A stretch of DNA of 64,000 nt from the NCBI GenBank assembly GCA_965215515.1, contig OZ244057.1, forward strand, positions 1,856,001-1,920,000, in the 5' to 3' direction. The stretch comes from Oligoflexales bacterium (GTDB taxonomy: Bacteria > Bdellovibrionota_B > Oligoflexia > Oligoflexales > JAPPIL01). Positions 39,880 to 50,302 of this stretch are shown piece by piece. The notes under the pieces are model-generated. The model saw only the letters and a list, made by a program, of their open reading frames with translations, did not search any database and was not told the origin of the DNA. The translations under genes and the position numbers were made by a program. Each line of letters starts with the position of its first letter. The first letter of the stretch is position 1.

Positions 39880-40377
39880 TTAGGCACGGTTGATAATATT
39901 GACATCGGGCAGTTTATCGTTACCCACGGCGTGGGTCTCGCGCGCACTGAACTGCGGTTCATGTCCTTGCTGTGGCAACTCGTTTTGTTGGGCGGTCGCT
40001 TCCGACATGATGGCTTTGCCATCGAAGCATGCACCTTCCTTGATAACGAGGGCGGGGGTGGTTATTTCTCCCTGAAAATGGCTGTTCTCACACAGTTCGA
40101 TGCGTTTGTTGGCGCGCAACCTGCCGTTGACCTTGCCTAGTACGATCACTTCATCGACCACGACATCCGCCTCGACGCTGGCTTCTTCCTCGATAATCAG
40201 CAGTCCTTCGGAGACAACTTTACCCTGTATACGACCACCGATACGGCTCGCCCCTTTGCAGTAAAGTTTACCCTCAAAGTGGCAACCGCTGGTGAGAATG
40301 GTCACTGCGACCCCGCCGACGCTTGCCCCTTTGCGCTTGTTCTTGTGGGCAGATGCACGTTTTTGTTCAGAAAACAC
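39880..40377 (-). CDS. Bactofilin (polymer-forming cytoskeletal protein)
   Basis: Beta-helix repeats GCHFEGKL..RIGG..G.V..IKEGACFDG. Confidence 0.88.
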   Translation of the reverse strand: MFSEQKRASAHKNKRKGASVGGVAVTILTSGCHFEGKLYCKGASRIGGRIQGKVVSEGLLIIEEEASVEADVVVDEVIVLGKVNGRLRANKRIELCENSHFQGEITTPALVIKEGACFDGKAIMSEATAQQNELPQQGHEPQFSARETHAVGNDKLPDVNIINRA

Positions 40378-40489
40378 AGCTCACCTCCTCGTCCAGCAGT
40401 CCGTCTCGGCACAGCACGAGTCCTACCGTGCACACGGCAGAGACACTACGATTATATCACAGCCACACCGCCCGCTACACGGTAAAAAC

Positions 40490-40885
40490 TTACCGCTTGG
40501 AATACTGAAAGCGCTTGCGTGCCCCTGGCTGCCCTGGCAGTTTGCGTTCTTTTTTACGGGCATCACGGGTGAGGAGACCTTCTTTCTTGAGAACTTGTCG
40601 CCACTCTGGGTTGAGGGCGGCGAGGACACGAGCGATACCGTGCCGTGCCGCGCCTGCCTGGCCGTTCAGACCTCCACCACAGACGTTGATTTTGATGTCG
40701 AAACTGCTGACGTTGTCGGTTAACTCCAGCGGCTGCATGATGACCATCTTGGAGGTGGCACGCAAATAGTACTGGTCGATATCCCGCTTATTGACGGTAA
40801 TCTTCCCGCTACCCTCGCGCATCCACACCCGTGCGGTGGAAGTTTTGCGTTTGCCTGTCGCGGCATGCAACGCTGTTGCGCTCAA
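40490..40885 (-). CDS. rpsI: 30S ribosomal protein S9
   Basis: [29 protein letters not shown]. Confidence 0.97.
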   Translation of the reverse strand: MSATALHAATGKRKTSTARVWMREGSGKITVNKRDIDQYYLRATSKMVIMQPLELTDNVSSFDIKINVCGGGLNGQAGAARHGIARVLAALNPEWRQVLKKEGLLTRDARKKERKLPGQPGARKRFQYSKR

Positions 40886-41319
40886 ACTTCATTCTCCTTC
40901 GCCGTCGCTCCGCACTGGGCGGCGTGGGGGTGGTCGCTACCCGCGTAAGTTTTTAATTTTTTTAATCTTCTGTCTTGCAATTTGTTTTTAGGCAACATGC
41001 CTTTAACCGCTTTGCGCAGCACGGCACAGGGGTCGCGGGCAAACAGCTCGGCGGCTGTGCTGGATCTAATCCCCCCCACGTAACCCGAATGTCGATAGTA
41101 ACGTTTCTGTTCCCACTTGCGACCTGTGAACTGCAATTGTGCACAATTGCAGACAACGACATGGTCACCTGTGTCGTGGTAGGGCACGTAGTGCGGGCGA
41201 TGCTTGCCCAGCAGTAAGCGTGCCACTTGGGAGGCCAGTCGCCCGACCGACTTGCCACTACCGTCCAACACCTGCCAGGCGTGCGGTACATCGGCTGGCC
41301 TTACTTTCGTGACGATCAA
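40882..41319 (-). CDS. rplM: 50S ribosomal protein L13
   Basis: GRLAS, GKHRP.Y.P..DTGD, YYRHSGY, GMLPKN. Confidence 0.96.
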   Translation of the reverse strand: MIVTKVRPADVPHAWQVLDGSGKSVGRLASQVARLLLGKHRPHYVPYHDTGDHVVVCNCAQLQFTGRKWEQKRYYRHSGYVGGIRSSTAAELFARDPCAVLRKAVKGMLPKNKLQDRRLKKLKTYAGSDHPHAAQCGATAKENEV

Positions 41320-41432
41320 GCTTCACCTCCCTAACACAGCGGGGGGGGAGGCTATCGCAAGCACTACCTCCCTGTCAAGTTTTTCCTGAGTTCCAAAATC
41401 ATCTCTGTTTGATGAGCGAAGGTGTCGAGGGG

Positions 41433-41978
41433 TTACTGCCAATCGTTGCCCACGAAGACACGCGGCTGTAGTTCCGCCGACAGATCTGCAACGGCGATAA
41501 ACCCGAAGGACGACTGGGCAAACTCACCACCGATCGTGACCAGCAGCACCTCTCCCTGGCCTAGGGTGCGTACGGGGTTGGACGAAGCATCGGGCTGTTC
41601 ATAGACGTTGGTCTCCCCCATCGTATAACGCACAACTGCACCTTCGCCGCTCATCATCCCCGCATCGCCCATCATCCCCGCATCCATATCTGGGGCGGCG
41701 GGTACGTTTGCCTCTGTGTTTACCCCCTCGTCGTTCAGGAGCGGGTTCTCCGTCGCAACACTGCTATCCTCTCCACCAATCTGGTTGTCGAAGGAGGCTG
41801 TATTGTTCCCCAAGTCCTCTTCCTGGCCTATGGTCAACTCCTGATTGGCAAAGTTGTCGCCCACGTTGTCGGTAGTATTAGCCTCGTTGCTCACCTCTAG
41901 CTCTTCCTCGTCGCCCTGAAACCACGCGCAAGACGACATGCCTAATGCTAGTGCTAGTACCAGTAGTGCCCTGAACAT
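41433..41978 (-). CDS. Acidic lipoprotein with C-terminal SH3b-like segment
   Basis: Lipobox MSSC; NVYEQPDASSNPVRTLGQGE. Confidence 0.65.
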   Translation of the reverse strand: MFRALLVLALALGMSSCAWFQGDEEELEVSNEANTTDNVGDNFANQELTIGQEEDLGNNTASFDNQIGGEDSSVATENPLLNDEGVNTEANVPAAPDMDAGMMGDAGMMSGEGAVVRYTMGETNVYEQPDASSNPVRTLGQGEVLLVTIGGEFAQSSFGFIAVADLSAELQPRVFVGNDWQ

Positions 41979-42147
41979 ATGCGCCTCTCCCTCATGACGA
42001 TGAACCTTCACCCTCCACATCGTCACTTGCACTACAACCCTTAGTTTTTCCTGAGTGCCGTGGTGCGGTGTTGCCTTTGCCAACTAACTTAAGCCTTCTT
42101 TTTAAGATGTTGTATCTAAAATAGGAAGTTGTTGCCCGCGTTACAAT

Positions 42148-42600
42148 CTAGTTGTCTTTCAGTGCTCGCTTGATATCGAGGTCGGCTTGACGGCGACGGG
42201 CAGTCTCGCGTTTGTCGTAGAGTTTCTTGCCTTTGGCGAGGGCGATCTCGATTTTGACGTGTGCGCCTTTGAGGTAAACCCGTAGGGGCACGATAGTCAG
42301 GCCGCGCTCCTGCACCATCTGCCGCAAGCGGACTATTTCTCGCTTCTTGAGCAGCAGTTTGCGGCGGCGCTTCTCCTGATGGTTAGCACGGTTGCCGAAA
42401 CTGTAGGGGCTGATGTGCATTTCCATCAGGAAAGCCTCGTCGTGCTTGTCGATGTCCACCCAGCTATCCTTGAGGTTGCCGCGCGCGGCGCGCAGAGATT
42501 TTACCTCCGTGCCTTGCAAGACAACTCCCGCTTCCCAGCGCTCCATGATATGGTAGTCGTGAAAGGCTTTACGGTTGCTGATTAGGGTTTTGTCGCGCAT
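42148..42600 (-). CDS. smpB: SsrA-binding protein
   Basis: NRKAFHDY, GTEVKS, RKLLL, GKKLYDKR. Confidence 0.96.
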   Translation of the reverse strand: MRDKTLISNRKAFHDYHIMERWEAGVVLQGTEVKSLRAARGNLKDSWVDIDKHDEAFLMEMHISPYSFGNRANHQEKRRRKLLLKKREIVRLRQMVQERGLTIVPLRVYLKGAHVKIEIALAKGKKLYDKRETARRRQADLDIKRALKDN

Positions 42601-42601
42601 C

Positions 42602-43522
42602 GTGAACTATCTTACGTTAGGCAAACCGATCAGCCGTGCCGACTGTGGCAAGCGGCTCGACGTGTACCTGGCACAAAAATTTCGTTTTCTCAATCGCTCG
42701 CAGTGGCAGCAGCGTATCGCCGCGGCAAGCTTGCTGGTCAACGCTCGTCGCCCGAAAGCTTCGTACCGTCTACAGCTCGACGACTGCCTCACCTTCAGCT
42801 ACCCCACAACACCACCGCTTCCTACCTTGCCCATCATCTATCAGGATAGATACCTCGCCGCCGTGCACAAACCCAGCGGCATCCCCTGTCAACCCAACGG
42901 TCGCGCCCGTCTACACAACCTGAAACGTGCCGTGCAGCGACAACTAGGTAACCACTTCAGCCCTGTGCACCGCCTCGACCTTGAAACCAGCGGCATCGTT
43001 ATCTGTAGTGCCACGCGTTCCGTCAGTACCGCATTGTTGCACATGTTTCGCCAACATGCTATCGCCAAACATTACCTCGCGATCGTCTCGCCACCGCCTA
43101 CGTGGCAACGACACGAAATCCACCTCCCCATCGGTAAACCGAGCAGCAGTGCCATTCGCATCAAAAAATGGGTCGATGCTCAAGGCAAGCCCGCCCTTAC
43201 CCGCGGCCTCGTGCTGGCACGCAAAAACGACATGGCCTTGCTACAGATCGAACCTATTACAGGCCGTACCAATCAAATCCGCGTGCATCTCGCCTCCTGC
43301 GGCCATCCCATCCTCGGCGATAAACTATACCATCCCGATGAACGGGTGTTCCTAGATTTTTTTGCCCACGGCCTAACCCCCTTCGTGCTCGCCGCGGTAC
43401 GCTGCCCACGCCTCTGCTTGCATAACAACAGACTGCGCTTCGTGCACCCTCGCACGAGACAACTGCTGGACTTACACTGCCCCCTGCCCCCAGAATTGCA
43501 AGCGTTCTGGGAAAATAACTAA
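42602..43522 (+). CDS. RluA-family pseudouridine synthase with S4 domain
   Basis: RLDVYL, HKPSG, VHRLDLETSG, TGRTNQIRVH, GDKLY. Confidence 0.9.
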   Translation: MNYLTLGKPISRADCGKRLDVYLAQKFRFLNRSQWQQRIAAASLLVNARRPKASYRLQLDDCLTFSYPTTPPLPTLPIIYQDRYLAAVHKPSGIPCQPNGRARLHNLKRAVQRQLGNHFSPVHRLDLETSGIVICSATRSVSTALLHMFRQHAIAKHYLAIVSPPPTWQRHEIHLPIGKPSSSAIRIKKWVDAQGKPALTRGLVLARKNDMALLQIEPITGRTNQIRVHLASCGHPILGDKLYHPDERVFLDFFAHGLTPFVLAAVRCPRLCLHNNRLRFVHPRTRQLLDLHCPLPPELQAFWENN

Positions 43523-43651
43523 CTGCTAACCTCAGGTTTCAGTTGCAAAAAGACTCCGCCCCCTGGTTGTCCACGGGGTTATTTGCTAATTTTTTACGAA
43601 GATATACGCTATGGTCCTTCACGAGGCAGAACTATGTGACTGAGGCAGGTC

Positions 43652-44947
43652 TTGGCAACCTTTACCCATGAACACCATGTTCATCTCTACGGCTGTTTGA
43701 CCGCGGAGGATGTCTTTGCCCTCGGTCGCCCACGCTGGCAGGCGCGTGAGCGAGCTTTGCAGCGTTATGCGCAACGTCACGCGCACGTTTGTGGGGCAGT
43801 GCCACCCTATCGTGCCTTTTGGTCGTCTCGTGACGGTGTTGCCCAGTTGCGGCGATACTATGAAGTTGATCGGGCGCTGAGCTTTGCCCAATTTCAGGCT
43901 AAGTTTGATCTTTTGCCAGCGCTGTTTCCACTGCGACAAACGGAGCTGTATATCTGGCAACATGTGCTCGCCAAACATCGGCGAACTGGTTTGCGTTACG
44001 TCGAATACCGCTTTATCTTTCCATCGCAGCTGGCTGATCCGCACGCCTATTTGCAAGCTGTCAACGCATTGTTGGCGAAGTGCGTCGCAGAGAGTGGCGG
44101 CAGTTTTCAACCTCGCCTCGCCCTCAGCCTCGACCGTTCCCCCGCGCAAGCACGCGCACAGTATCTTGCCTTGCGTGCCATGCTCGACGCTGACCCGCGG
44201 GGTTTGCGGTATATCACCGCTATCGACTTGTGTGGTTGCGAAGAAGAATACCCGCCTGTGCTTTATCGCACGTTGTTTGCTGAAATTTTGCGTGACAACC
44301 GCCGCGGTGCGCAAAAATTGGCGATCTTGCTACATGTCGGCGAAACTTTTACTGCGTTCAGCTTGCCCAGTGCGGTGCGGAGAATTTTGCAAGCGCATGT
44401 ACTCGGTGTGCATCGTGTCGGACACGCTATCGCTCTCGGTCTTGACGGTGAAAATCTGCGCGGCACGCAGGTGCAGGAGACAAGGCAAGAACGTCTGGCC
44501 CACCTGCATTGGCTACTGCACGAGGAGGGGAGGGAACTGCAGGATTTCGGCTATCACATCGCAACCTCTGTACTCAGGCGAGAACGAGCGTGGCTGAGAG
44601 ATGGCAACACACCCCCGTGCTATCGTTACGATGATGAGATGTTGGATGAACTGCAAACGCTGCAGAACGCGGCAATGCGCTGGGCGCAAGCGCACCGCGT
44701 GTGCATCGAAGCCTGTCCTACTTCCAACTTGCATCTCGGCAAAGTGGGCTCACCGCTTTTCCATCCTCTGCGCGCCTTCAGTAGGCACGATCTGTGTGTG
44801 ACGTTGGCAAGCGATGATCCTGGTATTTTTAGGCGTGATCTGCAGCAAGAGGCACGCTTCTGCCAGGACGAGCTGTGTATCCCTGCTCACTTTATGCGTC
44901 GGATGCAAGCCAATCAGCTCCCCTTGTGCTCCGAGCAGCTGTGCTAG
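43652..44947 (+). CDS. Adenosine/AMP deaminase family protein
   Basis: HVHLYG, HVGE, RVGHA, EACPTSN, SDDPG. Confidence 0.8.
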   Translation: MATFTHEHHVHLYGCLTAEDVFALGRPRWQARERALQRYAQRHAHVCGAVPPYRAFWSSRDGVAQLRRYYEVDRALSFAQFQAKFDLLPALFPLRQTELYIWQHVLAKHRRTGLRYVEYRFIFPSQLADPHAYLQAVNALLAKCVAESGGSFQPRLALSLDRSPAQARAQYLALRAMLDADPRGLRYITAIDLCGCEEEYPPVLYRTLFAEILRDNRRGAQKLAILLHVGETFTAFSLPSAVRRILQAHVLGVHRVGHAIALGLDGENLRGTQVQETRQERLAHLHWLLHEEGRELQDFGYHIATSVLRRERAWLRDGNTPPCYRYDDEMLDELQTLQNAAMRWAQAHRVCIEACPTSNLHLGKVGSPLFHPLRAFSRHDLCVTLASDDPGIFRRDLQQEARFCQDELCIPAHFMRRMQANQLPLCSEQLC

Positions 44948-45037
44948 AAGGTTACCACACTCCGCAATAGAGCGACGACGCGTTGCTGGATTAAGCTCGT
45001 CTGTGTTAGGGTGAAGCGGTCGGACGAGGTATAAGTA

Positions 45038-46192
45038 ATGCGCGGTACGGATTGCTACTTTATTTCGGCAGGCGAGTGTTCAGGGGACATGCTCGGTGCG
45101 GAGTTGATTGCCGCGTTGCAGACTTGCCAGCCTGGCCTGCAACCGTTCGGTCTCTGCGGCCCTGCCATGCAAAAGGCGGGGGGGGAAACACTGGTCGACT
45201 TTGGTGCTTTGGCGGTCATCGGAGTAGCCGAGTTGTGGACGAAGTTGCACCGCTTACGTCATCTAGAACGAAATGTTCTCGCCCAGATAACCCGCCGACA
45301 ACCCCGCTTTGCCGTGTTGATCGATTACCCAGGCCTCCACTTCCGTCTTGCGGAACTACTCAAACTACAGCACGTGCCCGTTTTTCAGTATGTAGCCCCT
45401 AAAACCTGGGCTTGGGGAGAACAACGCACCGCAGCACTGGCACGTGATTTCAAGGCCGTGCTCGGTATTTTGCCCTTCGAAGAAAAATTTTTTCAACGCC
45501 GTGCCGTCAACTATCACTACATCGGCACACCACTGCTCGACCGTATCGCAGCCGTGTGTGTGCCGCCCTCCCTACGAGAACTATGTGCAAGGCAACGGGT
45601 GCTCGCCTGTCTGCCAGGCAGCCGTGACGAAGAACTACGCTGCCACCTGCCTCTCATCATGGAGGTTATCACGCGACTGCCAACTTGTTTGCCGCTGATT
45701 CCACTCGCACCAAGTTTAAGCGTGGCACAATGCTGTGCCTTGACAGGTCTAACCGCCGCACGCCTCGCAACGCCGATACCATGTTACCGCTTCGGGAACG
45801 CGATTTTGCTGGAAGGACACAGCCTGGCAACACTGCAACTCGCTTCCGTAGCACTGGTCGCGTCGGGCACGGCCACCCTCGAATGCGCGCTCTCAGACGT
45901 TCCCGCTGTGGTTTTCTACAAGACAAGCCCTCTTACCTACACCCTGGCCAAGGATAACCTCAACATCAACTTTATCAGCCTGATCAATCTCATGTGCGGT
46001 CGACAAGTCGTACGTGAATTCATTCAAGACTTCGCGGTCACCGAACTGATCGACACATTACAAGCATTGCTCGATGATGAAGACAAGGCCGCGGCGATGC
46101 GCTCCGCCTATAAAACACTCGCGGCACAGCTACACGGCAACGCCGCAACCCGTACCGCCCAATTTATTAGCAACTACCCCCACCGATGTTGA
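45038..46192 (+). CDS. lpxB: Lipid-A-disaccharide synthase
   Basis: SAGECSGD, IDYPG, YVAP..WAW, ILPFE, LPGSR, SGTATLE. Confidence 0.92.
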   Translation: MRGTDCYFISAGECSGDMLGAELIAALQTCQPGLQPFGLCGPAMQKAGGETLVDFGALAVIGVAELWTKLHRLRHLERNVLAQITRRQPRFAVLIDYPGLHFRLAELLKLQHVPVFQYVAPKTWAWGEQRTAALARDFKAVLGILPFEEKFFQRRAVNYHYIGTPLLDRIAAVCVPPSLRELCARQRVLACLPGSRDEELRCHLPLIMEVITRLPTCLPLIPLAPSLSVAQCCALTGLTAARLATPIPCYRFGNAILLEGHSLATLQLASVALVASGTATLECALSDVPAVVFYKTSPLTYTLAKDNLNINFISLINLMCGRQVVREFIQDFAVTELIDTLQALLDDEDKAAAMRSAYKTLAAQLHGNAATRTAQFISNYPHRC

Positions 46193-47934
46193 AAAAATTT
46201 TTTCTACCTCCACTGCTCGCCTGTAAAAAACAACTGTACTTGTTACTCTTCTCTTTGTTTATCATCACTCTGATGCAGGCGATGTTCTTGCTATTGACGG
46301 GGCCGATGCTGACCTTGCTGTTTTCCGCACCAGACACAACCATGCCTCTCGTCCACCTATCGCCGCTAGCGGCACGCTTGTTACCTGAATTAAACTTACC
46401 CCGTGCTTTTCTGCTGCTGTGGTTGCCTGTGTTGTTAGCCTTGACAGGCTTGGTGAAGAGTGCCAGCGCCTATCTGTTCCGCTACTGTCAAAATTACATC
46501 TCTCTGTGGATGGCTAAACATCTGCGCCAAAAACTGTGCGCGGCAATCGTTGCCCAACCCTACACAATTTTTACACGAAAACCTACGGCACACTGGATGT
46601 CGATCATTATGAACGACACTTATCTGCTGCAAACACGTTTTTCCGACATTATGACTTGTTTTATCCGCAACGCGGCGCAGATCTGCACTTGTGTTGTTGT
46701 GCTCGCTCTACTGCACTATCCCTCCGCGTTATCGCTGCTGGTGATCGCTGTTGTGCTCACTTTTATTTTACGTCATACCAGTCGGCGTATCGTTGCTTTT
46801 GCCGAAGAGTATCAGGCCAAGCTTGCCACCCTCAGCGCACAGGTGCTCGATTTGCGCAAACGTTTTGACTTCATTCGCACTCAGGGTGGCGCACAGTTAG
46901 AAATGCAAAAATTTGCCGACAGCAGCCATGCCTATTATCGTGCTGTGCGTCGCTCGATACTGATACGCACAGGTTTATCGCCGCTGTCGGAATTCGTCGG
47001 TGTCGCAGTCTTTGCTACCGTTGTACTGCTCATCAATCAAGGTCTGTGGCTGCTCGACAGTGCCCCTGTGACGATTGTGCAGTTTCTCGTCGCCCTAGGC
47101 ATGATCTTGAAACCATTGCGTAATCTTACCGAGCAGTTGTCTTCCTGGCAAGAAACGCGCGGCGCACTACAGGCGTGTTGCAGAATTCTCGCGACCCCAC
47201 CCCCAAAATTAGAAAAAATCAGCAATCTTAACAAGTTGTGTGATGATTTTATCATCGAACGTGTTGTCATCCCCTGCGATACTGACAACAAACTCGTCTT
47301 CAGCTCACTGCCGATCAAATTCGGCACCATCACCGCCTTGGTTGGCAGTAGCGGCGCGGGGAAATCTTCCCTCGCGAAAGTGCTGGCAGGTTTAATCACC
47401 CCTTCGCAGTGGCAATGCCCACACGACCTCAACACACTCAGTCAACATGTCTCCTATGCAGGGCAAAAACCGTTTTTATTTCACGATACACTGCAAAACA
47501 ACCTCTGCTACGGCCTTGAAGAAGATACTGAAACTCAGGCAAAGATCGCCCACTACCTGCAAGTTTTGCAGCTGGAAAAAGATTTGTGCAGTATCTTCAA
47601 TCCGCTAACGCCCGAGTTATCGGGAGGACAAACACAAAAACTCACTCTCGTCAGAGCCTTGCTCCGCCCCGCCCCTATCCTCGTGCTCGATGAAATTACG
47701 GCCGCGATCGACATGGCGATGGAACGCACTATCATCGACGAACTCCACACCCTCGCCCGTCGTGAGCACCGCTGGGTGCTGGTTATTACCCACCGCCAAC
47801 AACTGCTCCCCGCCTTCGATTGCGTCTGGCTGGCTCGACGCGACCGACCCCTGCTGCAAGGTAAGCACACAGAACTACTTGCACAACACCGCGTTTACCG
47901 TGATTTTGTGCACACCAGCGACACCGCCCGTTAA
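46186..47934 (+). CDS. ABC exporter (TMD plus NBD), MsbA-like
   Basis: N-terminal TM helices; GSSGAGKS, LSGGQ, LVLDE; follows lpxB. Confidence 0.8.
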   Translation: MLKKFFLPPLLACKKQLYLLLFSLFIITLMQAMFLLLTGPMLTLLFSAPDTTMPLVHLSPLAARLLPELNLPRAFLLLWLPVLLALTGLVKSASAYLFRYCQNYISLWMAKHLRQKLCAAIVAQPYTIFTRKPTAHWMSIIMNDTYLLQTRFSDIMTCFIRNAAQICTCVVVLALLHYPSALSLLVIAVVLTFILRHTSRRIVAFAEEYQAKLATLSAQVLDLRKRFDFIRTQGGAQLEMQKFADSSHAYYRAVRRSILIRTGLSPLSEFVGVAVFATVVLLINQGLWLLDSAPVTIVQFLVALGMILKPLRNLTEQLSSWQETRGALQACCRILATPPPKLEKISNLNKLCDDFIIERVVIPCDTDNKLVFSSLPIKFGTITALVGSSGAGKSSLAKVLAGLITPSQWQCPHDLNTLSQHVSYAGQKPFLFHDTLQNNLCYGLEEDTETQAKIAHYLQVLQLEKDLCSIFNPLTPELSGGQTQKLTLVRALLRPAPILVLDEITAAIDMAMERTIIDELHTLARREHRWVLVITHRQQLLPAFDCVWLARRDRPLLQGKHTELLAQHRVYRDFVHTSDTAR

Positions 47935-48001
47935 GGACTGTTGTCTGACGGTGTGCGGGTGGCAGCGACGATACGTTGCGTACTGGGAGCACAAAGCCAT
48001 T

Positions 48002-50230
48002 TCAAGCGGAGAGCAGCAGTTGCAAGAAAGCATGCACATCCCTTTGCTCTTGCAAACGCCAAGCGGCTTTCGTTTCTTCCGTGCCCACCTTGACCGTGAT
48101 ATCGCCAGGACGCAAAGCAATAAAAAGCTCCTCATCAGTTTGGTCGTCGCCAAGAGCAACGATAGGAACAGCAGAATCAGACAAACGGTTTTTGATGAAC
48201 CAACTGGCAAACGCGCCCTTACTGGCTTCAATCGCTTTAGCTTCCACTATTTTTTTGCCGTTGCCAACTATGGCAGGGAAATTAGCCAAACCAGACTCAA
48301 GCTCTTCGGTCAGTTTGCGAGCCTGGTAGCTAGCATAGAGATCAGGTGAATTGCGGTAATGCCAACACAACGAGTAAGCCTTTTTTTCGATAAAACTGCT
48401 AGGCACACGCTGCCGATAATACTCCATCATCTGCAAAGCGAGCGGAAACCAGCTATCCTGCGGTGAGGTAACCAACGAGTGCCAACGCTGCTGACGATGA
48501 TCGTAATACTCTGCTCCGTGCTCGGCTGCAAGCGTGAAAGGTTGCGCCCCGAACTGCTGCCACAAAAACTGCCGCTCACGTCCACTGACAATAACGACAG
48601 CATAGTTCTGCGCTTGGAGTGCAGCTAAGGTTTGCAGTGTCCCATCGCTGAGGGCCGCTTGCTCGGGACGTGCCTGAATAGGCACCAGCGTGCCGTCGAA
48701 ATCAACAAACAAAAAACTCCTGCCCATTTTCTTTATTTTCTTCAGCTTCTCCCACAGCGGATTGCTTTTACGCAATGGAAAACTGAGATTTTCAACTAAC
48801 TTCGCTCCCTGCCGCGCATTTCTCAGCAGATCACTCATAAATGAACTTGCCCACTCACTGCCTGTGTAGTTCATCAGATAATCAAGCATCTGCGCATTGC
48901 GTGCCGCGATGAGAGCAGGATCTTCCCGCAAAGCTTGATGCAGCTGCGTGGCTGACTTTTCTATGTTCCAGGGATTGAGAGCGATAGCATTAGGCATGAT
49001 CGACACCGCGCCCGCAAATTCACTGAGCAACACCTGCCCTGGATGGGTGGCAGTCTGGGCTGCCACATACTCAAGCGCAACGAGATTCATCCCATCCCGT
49101 TTACTGGTAATCAAAAGACAATCCGATAACTGACACAATGCCAACAACTCATGAAAATGCACCGAATTGTAAATGTAGTAGATGGGTACATAATCAGCCT
49201 TCCCCCAATAACCGTTGATATAGCCAACCCGCCCTTCGATATTTTCCTTCAGTTGCTGATAGGCAGGCACATCAATACGACTGGGGACGACCACTTGCAT
49301 CAGCGACGCTTTCCCACGATAATCAGGGTAGCGTTGTAAAAAAGTGTGGAAAATGTCAAGCTTAAGGTCAATACCCTTAATGTAATCGAGACGATCAACA
49401 CCGAGGATTATTTTCTTGGTGCGAAAACGATGACGATAACCTGCGCAAATTTCTTTCACACGCTTACTGCGTGCCGCTTTGTTGATCGTCAGCGTGGGGA
49501 TACTGACAGGATAAACACCGAGATTAACGCTGCGTCCCTTATGGTAGATACGATTGAAGCTCGTATTGATACCTAGCACATAGTGCACCGTTTGCGTAAA
49601 GTGCATCAGATAACTGTAATCATGAAAACCGAGCAAGTCATAAGCGAGTAAAGCATGCAAAATCGTGCTGCGAAAAGGCAGTTGCCGAAAAATTTCATAG
49701 CTCGGAAAAGGCACATGCAGAAAAAAACCTACGCCCTGTCGCTGGCGTTTAAGACGCAACTGCTTGGCAACTAGCATGAGATGAAAATCATGCACCCAGA
49801 CGAGATCATCACCAGTATTGGTTAGCTTGAGGAGAGTCGTAGCGACAAGACGATTGACCTCCTGGTACTTCTGCCAAGCCTCAAAATCCCAGCTGACGCT
49901 ATGGTTCTCATAGTGGAGCAAAGGCCACAACACGCCGTTACAGAACCTGTTGTAATACGGATCGTAAAGCTCAGGAGCGATGGTCAGAGGCACAACCTCA
50001 ATACGATCGCTGATCTTCAGCGATGCGGCAATCTCCGCGGCATCCCACGACTCGGTGGTCAACCCCAACCACAGCATAGGACGTTGGTAATCAACCCCCA
50101 GCAACGACGACACCAACCCCCCACTCGCGATGACAAACCTGCGCTTGCGCTTGTCATAACGCGCGGGCAGTCTATTGCTGACCACCACCCATCTTCTTCC
50201 CGTTCCCACCATCGCAGGGGAAGCTAGCAT
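48002..50230 (-). CDS. Bifunctional trehalose-6-phosphate synthase/phosphatase (OtsA-OtsB fusion)
   Basis: VSNRLP, WVHDFH, FFLHVPFP, GVDRLDYIKG, DGMNLV; HAD DFDGTL..GDD.TDE. Confidence 0.92.
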   Translation of the reverse strand: MLASPAMVGTGRRWVVVSNRLPARYDKRKRRFVIASGGLVSSLLGVDYQRPMLWLGLTTESWDAAEIAASLKISDRIEVVPLTIAPELYDPYYNRFCNGVLWPLLHYENHSVSWDFEAWQKYQEVNRLVATTLLKLTNTGDDLVWVHDFHLMLVAKQLRLKRQRQGVGFFLHVPFPSYEIFRQLPFRSTILHALLAYDLLGFHDYSYLMHFTQTVHYVLGINTSFNRIYHKGRSVNLGVYPVSIPTLTINKAARSKRVKEICAGYRHRFRTKKIILGVDRLDYIKGIDLKLDIFHTFLQRYPDYRGKASLMQVVVPSRIDVPAYQQLKENIEGRVGYINGYWGKADYVPIYYIYNSVHFHELLALCQLSDCLLITSKRDGMNLVALEYVAAQTATHPGQVLLSEFAGAVSIMPNAIALNPWNIEKSATQLHQALREDPALIAARNAQMLDYLMNYTGSEWASSFMSDLLRNARQGAKLVENLSFPLRKSNPLWEKLKKIKKMGRSFLFVDFDGTLVPIQARPEQAALSDGTLQTLAALQAQNYAVVIVSGRERQFLWQQFGAQPFTLAAEHGAEYYDHRQQRWHSLVTSPQDSWFPLALQMMEYYRQRVPSSFIEKKAYSLCWHYRNSPDLYASYQARKLTEELESGLANFPAIVGNGKKIVEAKAIEASKGAFASWFIKNRLSDSAVPIVALGDDQTDEELFIALRPGDITVKVGTEETKAAWRLQEQRDVHAFLQLLLSA

Positions 50231-50302
50231 GACTGCATACGAAGTGCAACTTCAGTGTTCTTTAGTCTTGTCAGGCCGTGTGTCCGAACTTGCCACTCCC
50301 CC

